Assembly (NCBI GenBank): GCA_965237905.1
Contig: OZ250172.1
Location: forward strand, 2,592,001-2,656,000
Direction: 5' to 3'
DNA length: 64,000 nt
Source of the DNA: Nitrospinaceae bacterium
Lineage (GTDB): Bacteria; Nitrospinota; Nitrospinia; Nitrospinales; Nitrospinaceae
A model generated the notes under the pieces. It was not told the origin of the DNA and made no database searches. It saw only the letters and a program-made list of their open reading frames with translations. This document shows, piece after piece, positions 51,757 to 61,768 of this stretch (position 1 is the stretch's first letter; each line of letters begins with the position of its first letter). The translations under genes were made by a program, and so were the position numbers.

Positions 51757-51903
51757 CTAACCTTCTTTTCTTTAAAAGCAATTTTCATCAGTTTCCCCAA
51801 TTGATGAGAGTTGTTTTTTTAAAACCAGTCTCTATGGGATTTCCAAACAAAGGTTGAAGATTTACTTTTTTGGATTTGTCATTCGTGCAGGGCGTTGTTT
51901 GAG

Positions 51904-52848
51904 TCATGGTTTTCTGGAATGGGCACCCGAATGTTGCGCACGGGGGTGGGCCTGGTCGTAAGTTTCGATCAGCCGGTCGACTGTCAGGTGCGTGTATTTC
52001 TGGGTGGTCGACAGGCTGGCGTGGCCCAGCATCTCCTGAATGGTGCGCAGATCGGCTCCGCCTTCCAACAGGTGGGTCGCGAAGGAATGGCGGATGGAAT
52101 GCGGCGAATGGCGACCTGAGACCAGTTGGTCCAGATACTTTCCGACGATTTTTCGAACGCCCCGGGAGGTCAAACCGTTTCCCCGGGTATTTAAAAAGAC
52201 GGCGGAGGGGAGCGGATCGGGTTTCATCTTTCGGATCAAGGTTTCTCTCCGGCTCAGGTAAATGCTCAGAGCGGCAATGGCTTTTTTCCCCAAGGGCAAC
52301 CAGCGTTCCTTTTTACCCTTTCCCAGAACCCGAACCTTTTGGCTTTCGAGATTTATGAAATCCATTTGCAAGGTGACCAGTTCACTGATTCGCATGCCGG
52401 TGCTGTAGAACATTTCCAGGATGGCGCAATCCCTCGACCCGATCCAGGTGTTCGATTCCGGTAATTCCATCAGGCGGAAGATGTCATCCACTGATAAGAA
52501 GGAGGGCAGATAGTTTTCCTTTTTTGGAGCCGGTATGGATTTGACGACATTGTTCTGGAGGTGGCCTTCGCGGCACAGAAACTTGAAAAACGAACTGAGC
52601 GAGGACAGCTTCCGGCTCATGGTGGTTCCGGTAAACCCCTGGCCGTGCAAGTGGACCATATAAGAGCGTACCGCCAACCGGTCGATCTGTTTTATGTCGA
52701 CCGCTCCCTTCGAGTTGCAGGCGTGTCCGGTTTCCTTTAAGAACAGGGAAAACTGGTGGAGGTCGTTGAGATAACCGGCCACCGTATTTTCCGAAGCGCT
52801 TTTTTCCGCGACGAGGTATTTTCTGAATTCCTCGATATATTTCTGCAA
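51904..52848 (-). CDS. xerC: Tyrosine recombinase XerC
   Basis: TGMRISEL, LGKGKKER, HSIRHSFATHLL, LGHASLSTTQKYTH; upstream of hslVU; TTG start inferred. Confidence 0.88.
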   Translation of the reverse strand: MQKYIEEFRKYLVAEKSASENTVAGYLNDLHQFSLFLKETGHACNSKGAVDIKQIDRLAVRSYMVHLHGQGFTGTTMSRKLSSLSSFFKFLCREGHLQNNVVKSIPAPKKENYLPSFLSVDDIFRLMELPESNTWIGSRDCAILEMFYSTGMRISELVTLQMDFINLESQKVRVLGKGKKERWLPLGKKAIAALSIYLSRRETLIRKMKPDPLPSAVFLNTRGNGLTSRGVRKIVGKYLDQLVSGRHSPHSIRHSFATHLLEGGADLRTIQEMLGHASLSTTQKYTHLTVDRLIETYDQAHPRAQHSGAHSRKP

Positions 52849-53035
52849 GAAAGACCCCTTTAGAATCAATGTATTATAAACTTTAACGTGATGGTCAATG
52901 GATGTCAAGCAACGCCCTTTGGGGAGCTATGGGGATACTTTTTTCAGGAAATAGAGTATGATTTTCGGGGAATCATTCCCTTTTGTGAATCGATCATGAG
53001 CCAAGGCATCTAACAGGTACGAACCCATTTAACGA

Positions 53036-53599
53036 GTGAGTGTTATGACAACCTCTTTGCCCGAAGACGAGCAACGCGCCCGCGAAACGCTGAGAATCTT
53101 ATCCGAGCTCAAGGAAAAAACCGAGCTGTTGTCCGAGCATGTCGAATCGCGCAAGGATGCGCTGGAGGAGGAGATCGAGGAAAGCCTCCACGAGGCCATT
53201 CAGAATGCCCGCGACAGCCTGGAGCGGATTCAGGAAAATATCGAGCCCAAGCTGGAGAAAATCATTCAGGAGCGGTTGGACGTAATTCGTCACCAGATGG
53301 ATGAATTGAAATATGAAGCGCGGGAATCGGTGCGCCATGAAATCGATAAAATGTCGGACGCCCTGAACCAGAAACTATTGGGTGCGCTGGAAGGAACGGT
53401 CCGGGATCAGGTGTCCCAGGGGATGGTGGAATTGCGGGCGAAACTCGGCGACGCGGTTCGCGAAGAAGTGGACGGCTCTCTTAAAGATATTCGGGAAACC
53501 ACCCGCGATAGCCTGGCGAAGGTTCAACAACTGGTTTGGGTCGGTTTGGGTGCCGCTGTGCTAGCTGGGGTTGGGGTGGTGATTTTATTTCTGACTTGA
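53036..53599 (+). CDS. Helical coiled-coil protein with C-terminal TM anchor
   Basis: Charged amphipathic repeats and a hydrophobic C-terminus. Confidence 0.7.
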   Translation: MSVMTTSLPEDEQRARETLRILSELKEKTELLSEHVESRKDALEEEIEESLHEAIQNARDSLERIQENIEPKLEKIIQERLDVIRHQMDELKYEARESVRHEIDKMSDALNQKLLGALEGTVRDQVSQGMVELRAKLGDAVREEVDGSLKDIRETTRDSLAKVQQLVWVGLGAAVLAGVGVVILFLT

Positions 53600-53603
53600 T
53601 AAC

Positions 53604-53765
53604 TCAGGTGATAAACCAGAACAGGAAAAACAGCAGTAAGGAAGCGAGTAGCACCTGCCAGACGAATCCGAAGCCCGGCCCGGTAAACAAAACCCCGAAA
53701 GTCATCACGCAAAGAATAATAAAGGCGATTATCAGACGGGTTTTCTGGTTGAGTTTGGTTTTCAT
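53604..53765 (-). CDS. 53 aa two-TM membrane protein (not in ORF track)
   Basis: MKTKLNQKTRLIIAFIILCVMTFGVLFTGPGFGFVWQVLLASLLLFFLFWFIT*. Confidence 0.55.
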   Translation of the reverse strand: MKTKLNQKTRLIIAFIILCVMTFGVLFTGPGFGFVWQVLLASLLLFFLFWFIT

Positions 53766-53850
53766 GGAGTCACGGGAAATTCACGCAGAGGGGAGTAGAG
53801 TGTAGGGTCTGTTAAGGAAAGAGATGAATTTCCCGGTTCAAGCCCGAGCA

Positions 53851-54363
53851 TCAGCAAAAGTACTTTTTGATTTCTTCCACCATGAAGATATCGTTGACTT
53901 CCGACATCACATCCTCGATTTCCAGGCTATCGGCATCCTCCTCCAAAGATTGCTCCCAAAAAGGTTGCTTTTTGTCTTTGAAGCCCAGCCGGGGGTAGGA
54001 CTCCAGGAAATCCTGAATATCGGAAAGTTCAAACGCTTCTTTGATTTCAGAAATAAAATCATTCTGCAAATGCTTTAAATCTTCCAACCGTTCAAGAGAT
54101 TTCTGATAAGTACTTTCTACTGTTAGAGAATAATTCTCCTGAACTGCCGAATCATTTTTGCTGGTCGGATTGTAGATGGCGTCTTCTTCTTCGGAACTGT
54201 ACAGATACTTGGTTTTGGATTCCGCCTGCTTTACCGCAACAATAAGCGGACAGAATTTTTCACCGATCAAATAGGACAGGCCGTCATGTACGCCATACTC
54301 ATCAGAAATCTCCAATGCCTCCCGGCAATATCCTTTGATTTGGTGATAGTCTAAGGAATCCAT
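53851..54363 (-). CDS. Hypothetical acidic protein
   Basis: Long ORF; GLSYLIGEKF. Confidence 0.6.
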   Translation of the reverse strand: MDSLDYHQIKGYCREALEISDEYGVHDGLSYLIGEKFCPLIVAVKQAESKTKYLYSSEEEDAIYNPTSKNDSAVQENYSLTVESTYQKSLERLEDLKHLQNDFISEIKEAFELSDIQDFLESYPRLGFKDKKQPFWEQSLEEDADSLEIEDVMSEVNDIFMVEEIKKYFC

Positions 54364-54657
54364 GATGTCCGCCCTGTGAGTTGCGTTGTAATCTTGCACC
54401 TTTATTCTCTGCAATCCTGACCGCAAGTTCAACCTATTATTGTGATTTTAAAGGAGATGTAAATAAAATTGTGGGCAAGCATTGTTCGCTTGAGACACAA
54501 CTCCTTTATTAACAATAGGATAATAGATTTCCCCGCACGGTTCAAGCAGAGAAGAGCACTGTCCACTCATAAACTGGAGTAGAGGAGGGTTTAATGCTCG
54601 TAGCCCAAAAAAGCCCGCCAGAAGTTTCTGGCAGGCATGGATTAAAGGCAAGGTACC

Positions 54658-55008
54658 TTACTTTACCTTGGCATTACACTTTTTCTCGAGTTTGGGATCA
54701 ACCAGATTAGCGCACTGGGATTTGGTTTGGCTGGCTACCGCAAAACAATATTTTTGGAGTTCCCGGTCTTTGATAAGAGAACAGTAATACGTGGTGTGGT
54801 TTTTATTCTGATAGCGGTTCTTTTTCTGCTTTGCCGTTTTGGCTTTGTCGATTTTAAAAGCGCGGCACAGATTCAGTTGATCCAAATCTTTGTGCTCCAC
54901 GCAGGGATCACCGGCTTTTTTGGAATCCGCCGCCAGCACGGCGCTTGGAACCATGAGGACCAGGCCCATTATTAATCCCAGCAGTCCCAGACTATTCAAG
55001 TTCTTCAT
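54658..55008 (-). CDS. Exported Cys-repeat protein
   Basis: GGAG RBS, signal peptide, three C-x11-C repeats. Confidence 0.7.
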   Translation of the reverse strand: MKNLNSLGLLGLIMGLVLMVPSAVLAADSKKAGDPCVEHKDLDQLNLCRAFKIDKAKTAKQKKNRYQNKNHTTYYCSLIKDRELQKYCFAVASQTKSQCANLVDPKLEKKCNAKVK

Positions 55009-55353
55009 AGTGTTCTCCCAGTGGATTCTGAAAATGGAATTCATTCGGGTAACCGCCCGCTTCCCGGAATGTGCGGGGTGAGCCTGGACTGCGTAAATCC
55101 CGACGGCATAAAACTGTCTCTTTAAACCGCTATAAGCTAGGATATACGTTTTCTGGGGGGTGGGTCAATAGGGGAGAGGCCGGAAATGACCCGTTTTTTG
55201 ATTTTTTGCGGGTTAGGGCGGCGGGATTTGCAAGCGCTTTTGGGAGTAGAGTCAAAGACAGGTCGTTATAAACTGGATTATTCAGACCGGGTTTACTGAG
55301 GTGGAATTGGAAATCACCACCACCGAAACCATTAAGGTGACCTGCCGGAAATT

Positions 55354-55686
55354 TTACAGAAACACCTTGAATGCGCTGTCTATGATCAAATTTATGAATC
55401 CGGATCGAAAGCGTTCTAATTTCGTCAACGCCACGCCTGCTTGCCTTAAAGCATGGATCTCGGCAAGCGCTTTTTTCGCTTGCACCAAATCGCTAAAATC
55501 CTGTTCGTTTAACTCCGATCCCGCAAGCAGTTTTGTCCAGCGTTGCAAGTCGGCTTTTGATTTATCAAGAAATGTCTTGGCGTCATTGGCGGCTTCTTTC
55601 TCAAAGCCATCAAATACCTCCCTGGCCAATTCTTTCGATCCTTCTTTTACCGCTTTTAAAAAATCATCGAAATCAGACATGATCAC
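55354..55686 (-). CDS. Small helical hypothetical protein
   Basis: Overlaps the stop of the upstream lipoprotein; GGGGAG RBS. Confidence 0.75.
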   Translation of the reverse strand: MIMSDFDDFLKAVKEGSKELAREVFDGFEKEAANDAKTFLDKSKADLQRWTKLLAGSELNEQDFSDLVQAKKALAEIHALRQAGVALTKLERFRSGFINLIIDSAFKVFL

Positions 55687-56147
55687 TCCCCTTTATTTAT
55701 ACTGCAACTGGATGAGGCTTTTTTATTGGCCTCAAGACAGATAATTTCATCAAAGGCATCAGAAATAGGACCCTTGAATTCCTTGATAATTGCTGAGCTC
55801 ATAGTGCTCCGCTCTTCCCAGCGCATAAAAAATTTTCCGATAAGGTCACCCTCCGGGTTTATTAGAATTCTCCACTGCTGTGCCGATATGTTATTGCTCG
55901 GCACACCCTTCACGTATTCATGCGCTTTCTGCAACTCAACTTCAAGAGCTTCAATCCTTTCTTTATGAGTCGAGTATTGCTCTGTCGCCTTGTCCATTAC
56001 GGCCAATGTTTCCGTCTTTAAAGATGTCGCGTACTTGTAGGATTCCGGGCTGTAGGGTCCAATGAGTGGGGCGCAGGCTGTAATCAATGACAACGCCATT
56101 AAGACAAAAAGGGTTGAAGCTTTAGCCGTTAAGTACCGCATAGTCAT
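55683..56147 (-). CDS. Hypothetical lipoprotein
   Basis: LITAC lipobox; AAGGAG RBS; ISAQQWRIL, AFDEIICLE. Confidence 0.75.
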   Translation of the reverse strand: MTMRYLTAKASTLFVLMALSLITACAPLIGPYSPESYKYATSLKTETLAVMDKATEQYSTHKERIEALEVELQKAHEYVKGVPSNNISAQQWRILINPEGDLIGKFFMRWEERSTMSSAIIKEFKGPISDAFDEIICLEANKKASSSCSINKGE

Positions 56148-56455
56148 CTCTCCTTGGGGGGTTCATATTTCCCCCACTCAATTTTTCAAAACAGGATGTA
56201 GTACGCAAAAAAAATCGGTACGCCAATATAATGAAAAGAGGGGCAAAAAGAAATAAAAAAAACCGGTTGGTAAACAGGTAACCAGTCGAGAGGTGAATTT
56301 CCTTTATATACCGCTTGTTCGTGGTTTCGGTTGTACGATTATTTATCAAGCTTACCCTTTTGTAGGCACCCCAATGGTGGTGAGCAGGGAATCGCGCGAG
56401 CGATTTGATTTTGAAAAGCATTGAAAAGACTAACCTTTTTTTTGAGTCCAAACAT

Positions 56456-56471
56456 TGGTGCGTTTTTTGCA
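56456..56471 (+). promoter_or_regulatory. sigma54-type promoter upstream of the diheme cytochrome c gene
   Basis: TGGTGCG-TTTT-TTGCA. Confidence 0.5.
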
Positions 56472-56594
56472 GCAAACCAGTACAGGAGAATTCTTTAGTG
56501 TGCAAATGGATAATTTTGGGCGTCGCGTACATCACATCGAGAGAATCCGTGAAAAGTTAAATTCTCTTGGCGCTTATCGAATAGGGGGGGATCC

Positions 56595-57965
56595 ATGGAG
56601 TATTCAAAAAAGGCTAATAGATTATCCGGTTTAATATCAATTTTTCTGTTGTTGCTTTCAGCCTGCCAGCCGCCACCTCCGGTACCGAAACCCGAAGAAG
56701 TCCTGATTGCCAAAGGTAAAGAGATTTTTTTCAACGAGACGTTCAACGGCAACGGCAGAACCTGCGGCACATGCCATCCTGAGTCCAATAACCTCACCAT
56801 TGATCCGGCGTTCATCGCCACGCTGCCCGATGATGATCCGCTCTTTGTCGCAGAGTTCATGCCCGCGTTGAAAAAGAATTTCGAAAATCCCAGACTGATG
56901 CGAGAGTTTGGGCTGATACTGGAAAACGTAGACGGGTTCGAGGATTTGGAGAATAAATTCGTGATGCGGGGTGTCCCCCACACTCTTGGCTTGCAAACCT
57001 CGGTGGATAGCCCTCAGGGGCCGCGAACCGGATGGTCCGGTGACGGCGCCCCCGAAGACGGTTCCCTGCGCTCGTTTGCGACGGGGGCGGTGACTCAACA
57101 CTTTACCAAGACCCTGAATCGTGTGCCCGGAGAGGATTTTCGACTTCCAACCGAGAAAGAACTGGATGCCCTGGAGGCGTTCCAGCTCTCATTGGGACGA
57201 CAACAGGATTTGGCTTTACCGCTTCCATTAAAAGGCACTGTACCCAAACGTGGGCAGGCAATTTTCCTGGATAACTCGTTGGGCAAGTGTAACCTTTGCC
57301 ATGCCAATGCCGGAGCCAACGCGAGTATTGGCGGTCAAGATCTTGGAAATATGAACTTCGATACAGGTGTGGAGAATCTCCCCGATCAGCCGGCGGATTT
57401 GACAGGGGAGCGGGTTCCGCCCGATGACGGATTCGGCAGGCCCGGTGATGGTACGTTCAACACCACCCCTTTAGTCGAAGCCGCCGATACCGGACCTTTT
57501 TTCCACAATAATGCGATTGAAACCATCGAGGGAACCGTGGCTTTTTACAACGGGGATGCCTTCAACAATTCAGCGGCAGGTATTTTCCTGGCGAGTATGG
57601 ATCCCAATCAAGTTGGCATCAAGCTGGACGGAACTCAAGTGGTGGCGGTGGCTGCGTTTCTGCGGGTGATCAATGCCCTTGAGAATATCAGGCAGAGCAT
57701 TGAACTTTTAAATTCAGGAAGTCGAAAAGGTTTTTTTGAAAAAAGCGAAGCGGGTGAAGTGCTGAAACTTGCTATTCAGGAGACCGATGACAGCATCGCG
57801 GTTCTCGCCGGAGCGGGTCTGAATCCTGCGGCCGTGGCACACTTGAAAAAAGCCAGGAGACTGACTCAAAAGGCAATCCACAGCTTTTTTTTCAGACAGA
57901 AAACCCTGCGTGAAGCCATTTTGGAACAGCAAAAGGCGAAACAGCAACTCGTTGAATCATCCTAG
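56595..57965 (+). CDS. Diheme cytochrome c lipoprotein (bCcP/MauG superfamily-like)
   Basis: LLSAC lipobox; NGRTCGTCH and KCNLCH; FNTTPL..ADTGPFFHNN. Confidence 0.8.
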   Translation: MEYSKKANRLSGLISIFLLLLSACQPPPPVPKPEEVLIAKGKEIFFNETFNGNGRTCGTCHPESNNLTIDPAFIATLPDDDPLFVAEFMPALKKNFENPRLMREFGLILENVDGFEDLENKFVMRGVPHTLGLQTSVDSPQGPRTGWSGDGAPEDGSLRSFATGAVTQHFTKTLNRVPGEDFRLPTEKELDALEAFQLSLGRQQDLALPLPLKGTVPKRGQAIFLDNSLGKCNLCHANAGANASIGGQDLGNMNFDTGVENLPDQPADLTGERVPPDDGFGRPGDGTFNTTPLVEAADTGPFFHNNAIETIEGTVAFYNGDAFNNSAAGIFLASMDPNQVGIKLDGTQVVAVAAFLRVINALENIRQSIELLNSGSRKGFFEKSEAGEVLKLAIQETDDSIAVLAGAGLNPAAVAHLKKARRLTQKAIHSFFFRQKTLREAILEQQKAKQQLVESS

Positions 57966-58002
57966 CCTTCCCGGTCGAGGGAGCGGTACTGGATGGCTTC
58001 GG
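57962..58002 (-). pseudogene. Displaced duplicate of the comM 3' end ([12 protein letters not shown])
   Basis: 57975-58002 is identical to 60432-60459 over 28 bp; 33/35 with extension. Confidence 0.88.
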
Positions 58003-58039
58003 AGATCGGGGTTGGTATAATTCTTGGGTTTTGTGTGGT

Positions 58040-60364
58040 TTAGTCGTCCTTTCCTATTTCAGCGGCCTCCAATAGTTCTTCAGCTAAAGCCTTTTCCTTA
58101 TCCGTTTCGTTTGCGTTTTCGGAAATACTCTTTAAGCGTTCCAACGCTTCATCGTAATCAATAAAATTTTTTAAATCTCTACGGTTCAAAGGGTAGTATG
58201 TTTTGTCTGAATGCATCCAGCTACGGCAGGCATTTAAGAATTTTAAGAATCTCTCGTCTGTGCTTTGCTGCTCCTTTACCCATTCTAGGACACCATCTTT
58301 ATCATTTGATTCGAGCCAGCTATACATCAGCTCAAGAACCTCCGGAGTATCAATAATTTTCTCGCGGTCTGAAGATTTAAATCTTTCCAGCATTAAATTA
58401 ACTGCCGTATCCAGTTCTTGCTTTGAAAATGCCCATTCATCCTCGGTTTTGGGATTGTTTCCGGTTCTACCTTGCGCAAATAATTGATCCCTAATGACTT
58501 CTGACATGAGCCAACCAATCGCTTCGCACGTTGAAAATATTTCATTGATAACCTCGTTGCGTTTGTCGCCGGGTAGTTTGGTAACTAATTTTTTAAATAA
58601 GTCTTTACCGGCACGCCATGACCATCTTACGCCCCATTGGCCTTTGCCCTCTTTCTGCCCCACCTCATCCATGTGATTCGCCAATGCCTTCAAAATTGAC
58701 GGAATGGCATCATTTGGTAGCTTTTCCTCGTCAAGGTTTTTGAGGCGGTCTATCAGCACATCAAATTTAGTGCCACCTTGTGGACGTGCCTGCTGTATGA
58801 GAGCCCTAGAAAGGTCTTCAAGGCTTTCGCCTTTTTTCGCTGAAGCTATAAAACTATACAGCTCTGTGTCTTCAAGGCCTCCCGCTGGCTGGGCAAAAGC
58901 AAAATAGTATCTGCTGTGATGGGGGCTGCCTAGCCGACAGTCCCTTTCTAATAATGAAATGTCGTCTCCACTTCCAAAATTAAAGAGACGATCCTTGTCT
59001 TCCACAGTTGCCCCTGGTTGAATTCCGGGAATGAAATCCGCAAATGACCATATTGATCGTGCGGAACTAACGCTGCTTTCCGGTAGGAGTTTTTTTAGTT
59101 CTTGCGCTAGTTTAGTTCTTTCGGTCTCATCGATAAAAGCGCCCTCAGAACCGGCAACAAATTCACGGAGGTATTGCTCAATCCATGAATATAAGGCTTC
59201 ATTTTTCAACCGAATCATTTGTAGCCAAACGAGGTCTGGGAAATCGGCTTTGTCACATATAGGCGGCCAATAAAGTTTAATCGCGTTTATAGCCCGTATT
59301 ACATCGCGGGGAGTCTCCAGAAGTCCGCCTTCCAAATCGCATACCTCATGTAATCTTTGTAAAACATCTCCTGATAACTGTTTTTCAGAAATGGCATTGT
59401 AAAATGAGAGACATTCTTCCAGAAGCCATCTTCGCAAGTCAAAAGCTTCTGGTTGTGGAACTTTAAAGCTGACTTGGATCATTTTTTTGAGAAAATCCTT
59501 GCCATTATCAATTGAAATGGCTTCTTGAAGACTTCGTGCCAGGATTTCCTGATCGAAGCAAAGGACATAGATAACATTGGGGAAATCAGCAACCGCCCTT
59601 ATGAGACGCATAACTTCGGCAGCTTCTCGTGGCTCAAGCCGATCCAAATCATCAACAATCACTACAATACGTCGGTTGAGTTTACGAAGGCCTTCTGTAA
59701 GCTCTTTCTTGACTTCCGGTAACGGTTTGCCTGAATCAAATGCATCTGCCGCATTTGCAACCTGTTCAAGTGTTGCACCCGCAAGTTGTCCCAGTGGGAT
59801 TCCAAGGGTTCCTGCAAGCCGAGCTATAGGAGCTAGCCCGCGTGATAGTTTCGAACCGTATCCGCGGAGTTGTTTGGAGAGTTTTACCGTCTCTTCTTTG
59901 AGTTTTTGTCCTTTCCCCTTTTCTGGGGCTTCGATTGCCTCCACGGCTGTAGCCAGGTCCGACATAAGTGCAGCCAGCATGCCATCCCTGTCACCCACTA
60001 ACCAAGGTTCAAACCGGACAATTTTTGGTGCTTGCTCTCGGTTATTTTCCAATTCCTCTGCTAGCAGATTAACTAAACTGGATTTGCCTGATCCCCATTT
60101 TCCCTCGATGGATATAACTAGTCCATGGTTTGCCACTTGCTTAATTAGGGATGTTGCCAGCTCTTTGGCGACAGACCGAAAACCCAAGCGATCTTCCTTA
60201 TACCCAGATGAAATTGAATGGTCAGGATCGAATTCTCCGGGGCCTAGTGGAATAGGAGTCTCAGAGTCACTTCCTCCCTCAGCCTCTTTCTGTGGCATGT
60301 CTTTTAAATCATCATCGTTTGCCATTCTCAGAATCTTTCGTCCAAAATTCAAAAGCCATTTCAT
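58040..60364 (-). CDS. KAP family P-loop NTPase
   Basis: DRLGF, IEGKWGSGKSS Walker A, VVIVDDLDRL Walker B, FLKKMIQVSFKVP, TPRDVIRAIN. Confidence 0.9.
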   Translation of the reverse strand: MKWLLNFGRKILRMANDDDLKDMPQKEAEGGSDSETPIPLGPGEFDPDHSISSGYKEDRLGFRSVAKELATSLIKQVANHGLVISIEGKWGSGKSSLVNLLAEELENNREQAPKIVRFEPWLVGDRDGMLAALMSDLATAVEAIEAPEKGKGQKLKEETVKLSKQLRGYGSKLSRGLAPIARLAGTLGIPLGQLAGATLEQVANAADAFDSGKPLPEVKKELTEGLRKLNRRIVVIVDDLDRLEPREAAEVMRLIRAVADFPNVIYVLCFDQEILARSLQEAISIDNGKDFLKKMIQVSFKVPQPEAFDLRRWLLEECLSFYNAISEKQLSGDVLQRLHEVCDLEGGLLETPRDVIRAINAIKLYWPPICDKADFPDLVWLQMIRLKNEALYSWIEQYLREFVAGSEGAFIDETERTKLAQELKKLLPESSVSSARSIWSFADFIPGIQPGATVEDKDRLFNFGSGDDISLLERDCRLGSPHHSRYYFAFAQPAGGLEDTELYSFIASAKKGESLEDLSRALIQQARPQGGTKFDVLIDRLKNLDEEKLPNDAIPSILKALANHMDEVGQKEGKGQWGVRWSWRAGKDLFKKLVTKLPGDKRNEVINEIFSTCEAIGWLMSEVIRDQLFAQGRTGNNPKTEDEWAFSKQELDTAVNLMLERFKSSDREKIIDTPEVLELMYSWLESNDKDGVLEWVKEQQSTDERFLKFLNACRSWMHSDKTYYPLNRRDLKNFIDYDEALERLKSISENANETDKEKALAEELLEAAEIGKDD

Positions 60365-60412
60365 AAAGAGTACTTCAGAGAAAAGGGTATCATTTTATAA
60401 GATTTTCCTCAT

Positions 60413-61300
60413 TCAAAAATGATTTTCCCTATCGAGGGAGCGGTACTGGATGGCTTCGGCGACGTGCTCGGCGGTGAGGGGTTCCACGCCGTCCAGGTCG
60501 GCGATGGTGCGCGAGACTTTGAGTATCCGGTCGTGCGCCCGTGCGCTCAGTCCCATCTTGTCGATCGCTAGCGCCATGATCTGCTTCGATGCGTCGTCCA
60601 ATTGACAATGTTGCTTGAGCTGTTTGGTAGTCATCCCGGCGTTGAAAAAGGTTTGAGAGTCCTTAAACCGGCCCAACTGCACCTGCCGCGCTTTTTCCAC
60701 CCTATCGCGGATGTTCGATGAAGGTTCGCCCCCCGCTTCCGATGACAGTTCCTTGTATTCCACCGACGGCACCTGGATGTGGATATCGATCCGGTCCAAC
60801 AGGGGGCCGGAAATCTTCGACACGTACTTTTTGATCATCGGCGGCGTGCAGGTGCATTCGCGTTTGGGATCGGTCCGGTATCCGCACGGGCAGGGATTCA
60901 TCGCCGCCACCAGCATGAAGTCGGTGGGATAGGTGATCGACCTGGAGGCGCGCGCGATCGACACCTTGCCGTCCTCGATCGGTTGCCGTAAAACTTCCAG
61001 CGCGTTGCGTTTGAATTCCGGCAGTTCGTCGAGGAACAACACGCCGTTGTGCGCCAGCGACACCTCGCCCGGCATCGGCACCGTGCCGCCGCCGATCAAT
61101 CCCGCGTCGGAGATGGTGTGGTGCGGCGAGCGAAACACGCGCGTGGGGATCAATCCTTTGCCGTTGTCGAGCAGTCCCAGCACGCTATGGATCTTCGTGG
61201 TTTGAATCGCCTCCTCCAGTGAGAGCGACGGCAGGATGGTCGGCAGGCGTTTCGCCAGCATCGACTTGCCGCTTCCCGGCGGCCCGATGAGGATAATATT
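60413..61300 (-). pseudogene. comM: 3' portion of comM/yifB (Mg chelatase-like AAA+ ATPase), 5' part displaced
   Basis: [67 protein letters not shown]; the N-terminal domain is replaced by AT-rich DNA. Confidence 0.9.
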
Positions 61301-61648
61301 ATATAGTATTAAAATGATTAAGCTCAGCCTCTTAAACCGCAGGTCATACTGTGAAGTTGTTTTTGGCGTGGAGAAAAAATTAATTCGTAATGCTTTATAT
61401 TTCAATATCTTATGAGCTCACTTTTTATAAAAAAATGATCGAAAACTCTTGAGCTTGATATAATGTAGTGGAAGTCATGCAGTACTACATTATGTTCGAC
61501 AAAGGGTCTGCTCCACCCCAATTACACCAGCATTGAGATTGGTGAATCGTGACTAGTGAAGCCGGTTGAGGATAAATAAGCCGGACACCACGTCTGGGGT
61601 AGCCCCACAACGTAACATTTGAGCTTAAAACCATAAGTCGGGCTGAAC

Positions 61649-61724
61649 AAAAAACCGGCTCTAGGTGAAGCATCTGCATTGGATTGATCTTCTTTGCGTA
61701 TGCAGCACCTAGAGCCGGTTTTTT
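61649..61724. other. Long stem-loop with 19 bp perfect arms upstream of the DUF3102-like gene
   Basis: AAAAAACCGGCTCTAGGTG..CACCTAGAGCCGGTTTTTT plus inner CTGCAT/ATGCAG. Confidence 0.8.
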
Positions 61725-61768
61725 ATTCACCCAACAATCTATTTATCACTTATTGAAAGGACAAGACA

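Noticed and set aside
51904..52848. Tyrosine recombinase as a phage or integron integrase
   Set aside because: Size, motifs and position before hslVU fit housekeeping XerC; no IntI insertion or attC array seen
53828..54558. Possible direct repeat ATTTCCC..CGGTTCAAGC flanking the 53851 gene
   Set aside because: Only about 10 bp contiguous and not matching a gene terminus; could be chance
55045..55120. c-di-GMP-I riboswitch-like leader (GCGGTTACC end) upstream of the Cys-repeat gene
   Set aside because: Lacks the GGCAAA and GAAA-tetraloop P1 features
61301..61405. N-terminal extension [11 protein letters not shown].. of the comM ORF
   Set aside because: AT-rich element DNA that happens to be in frame; not ComM sequence
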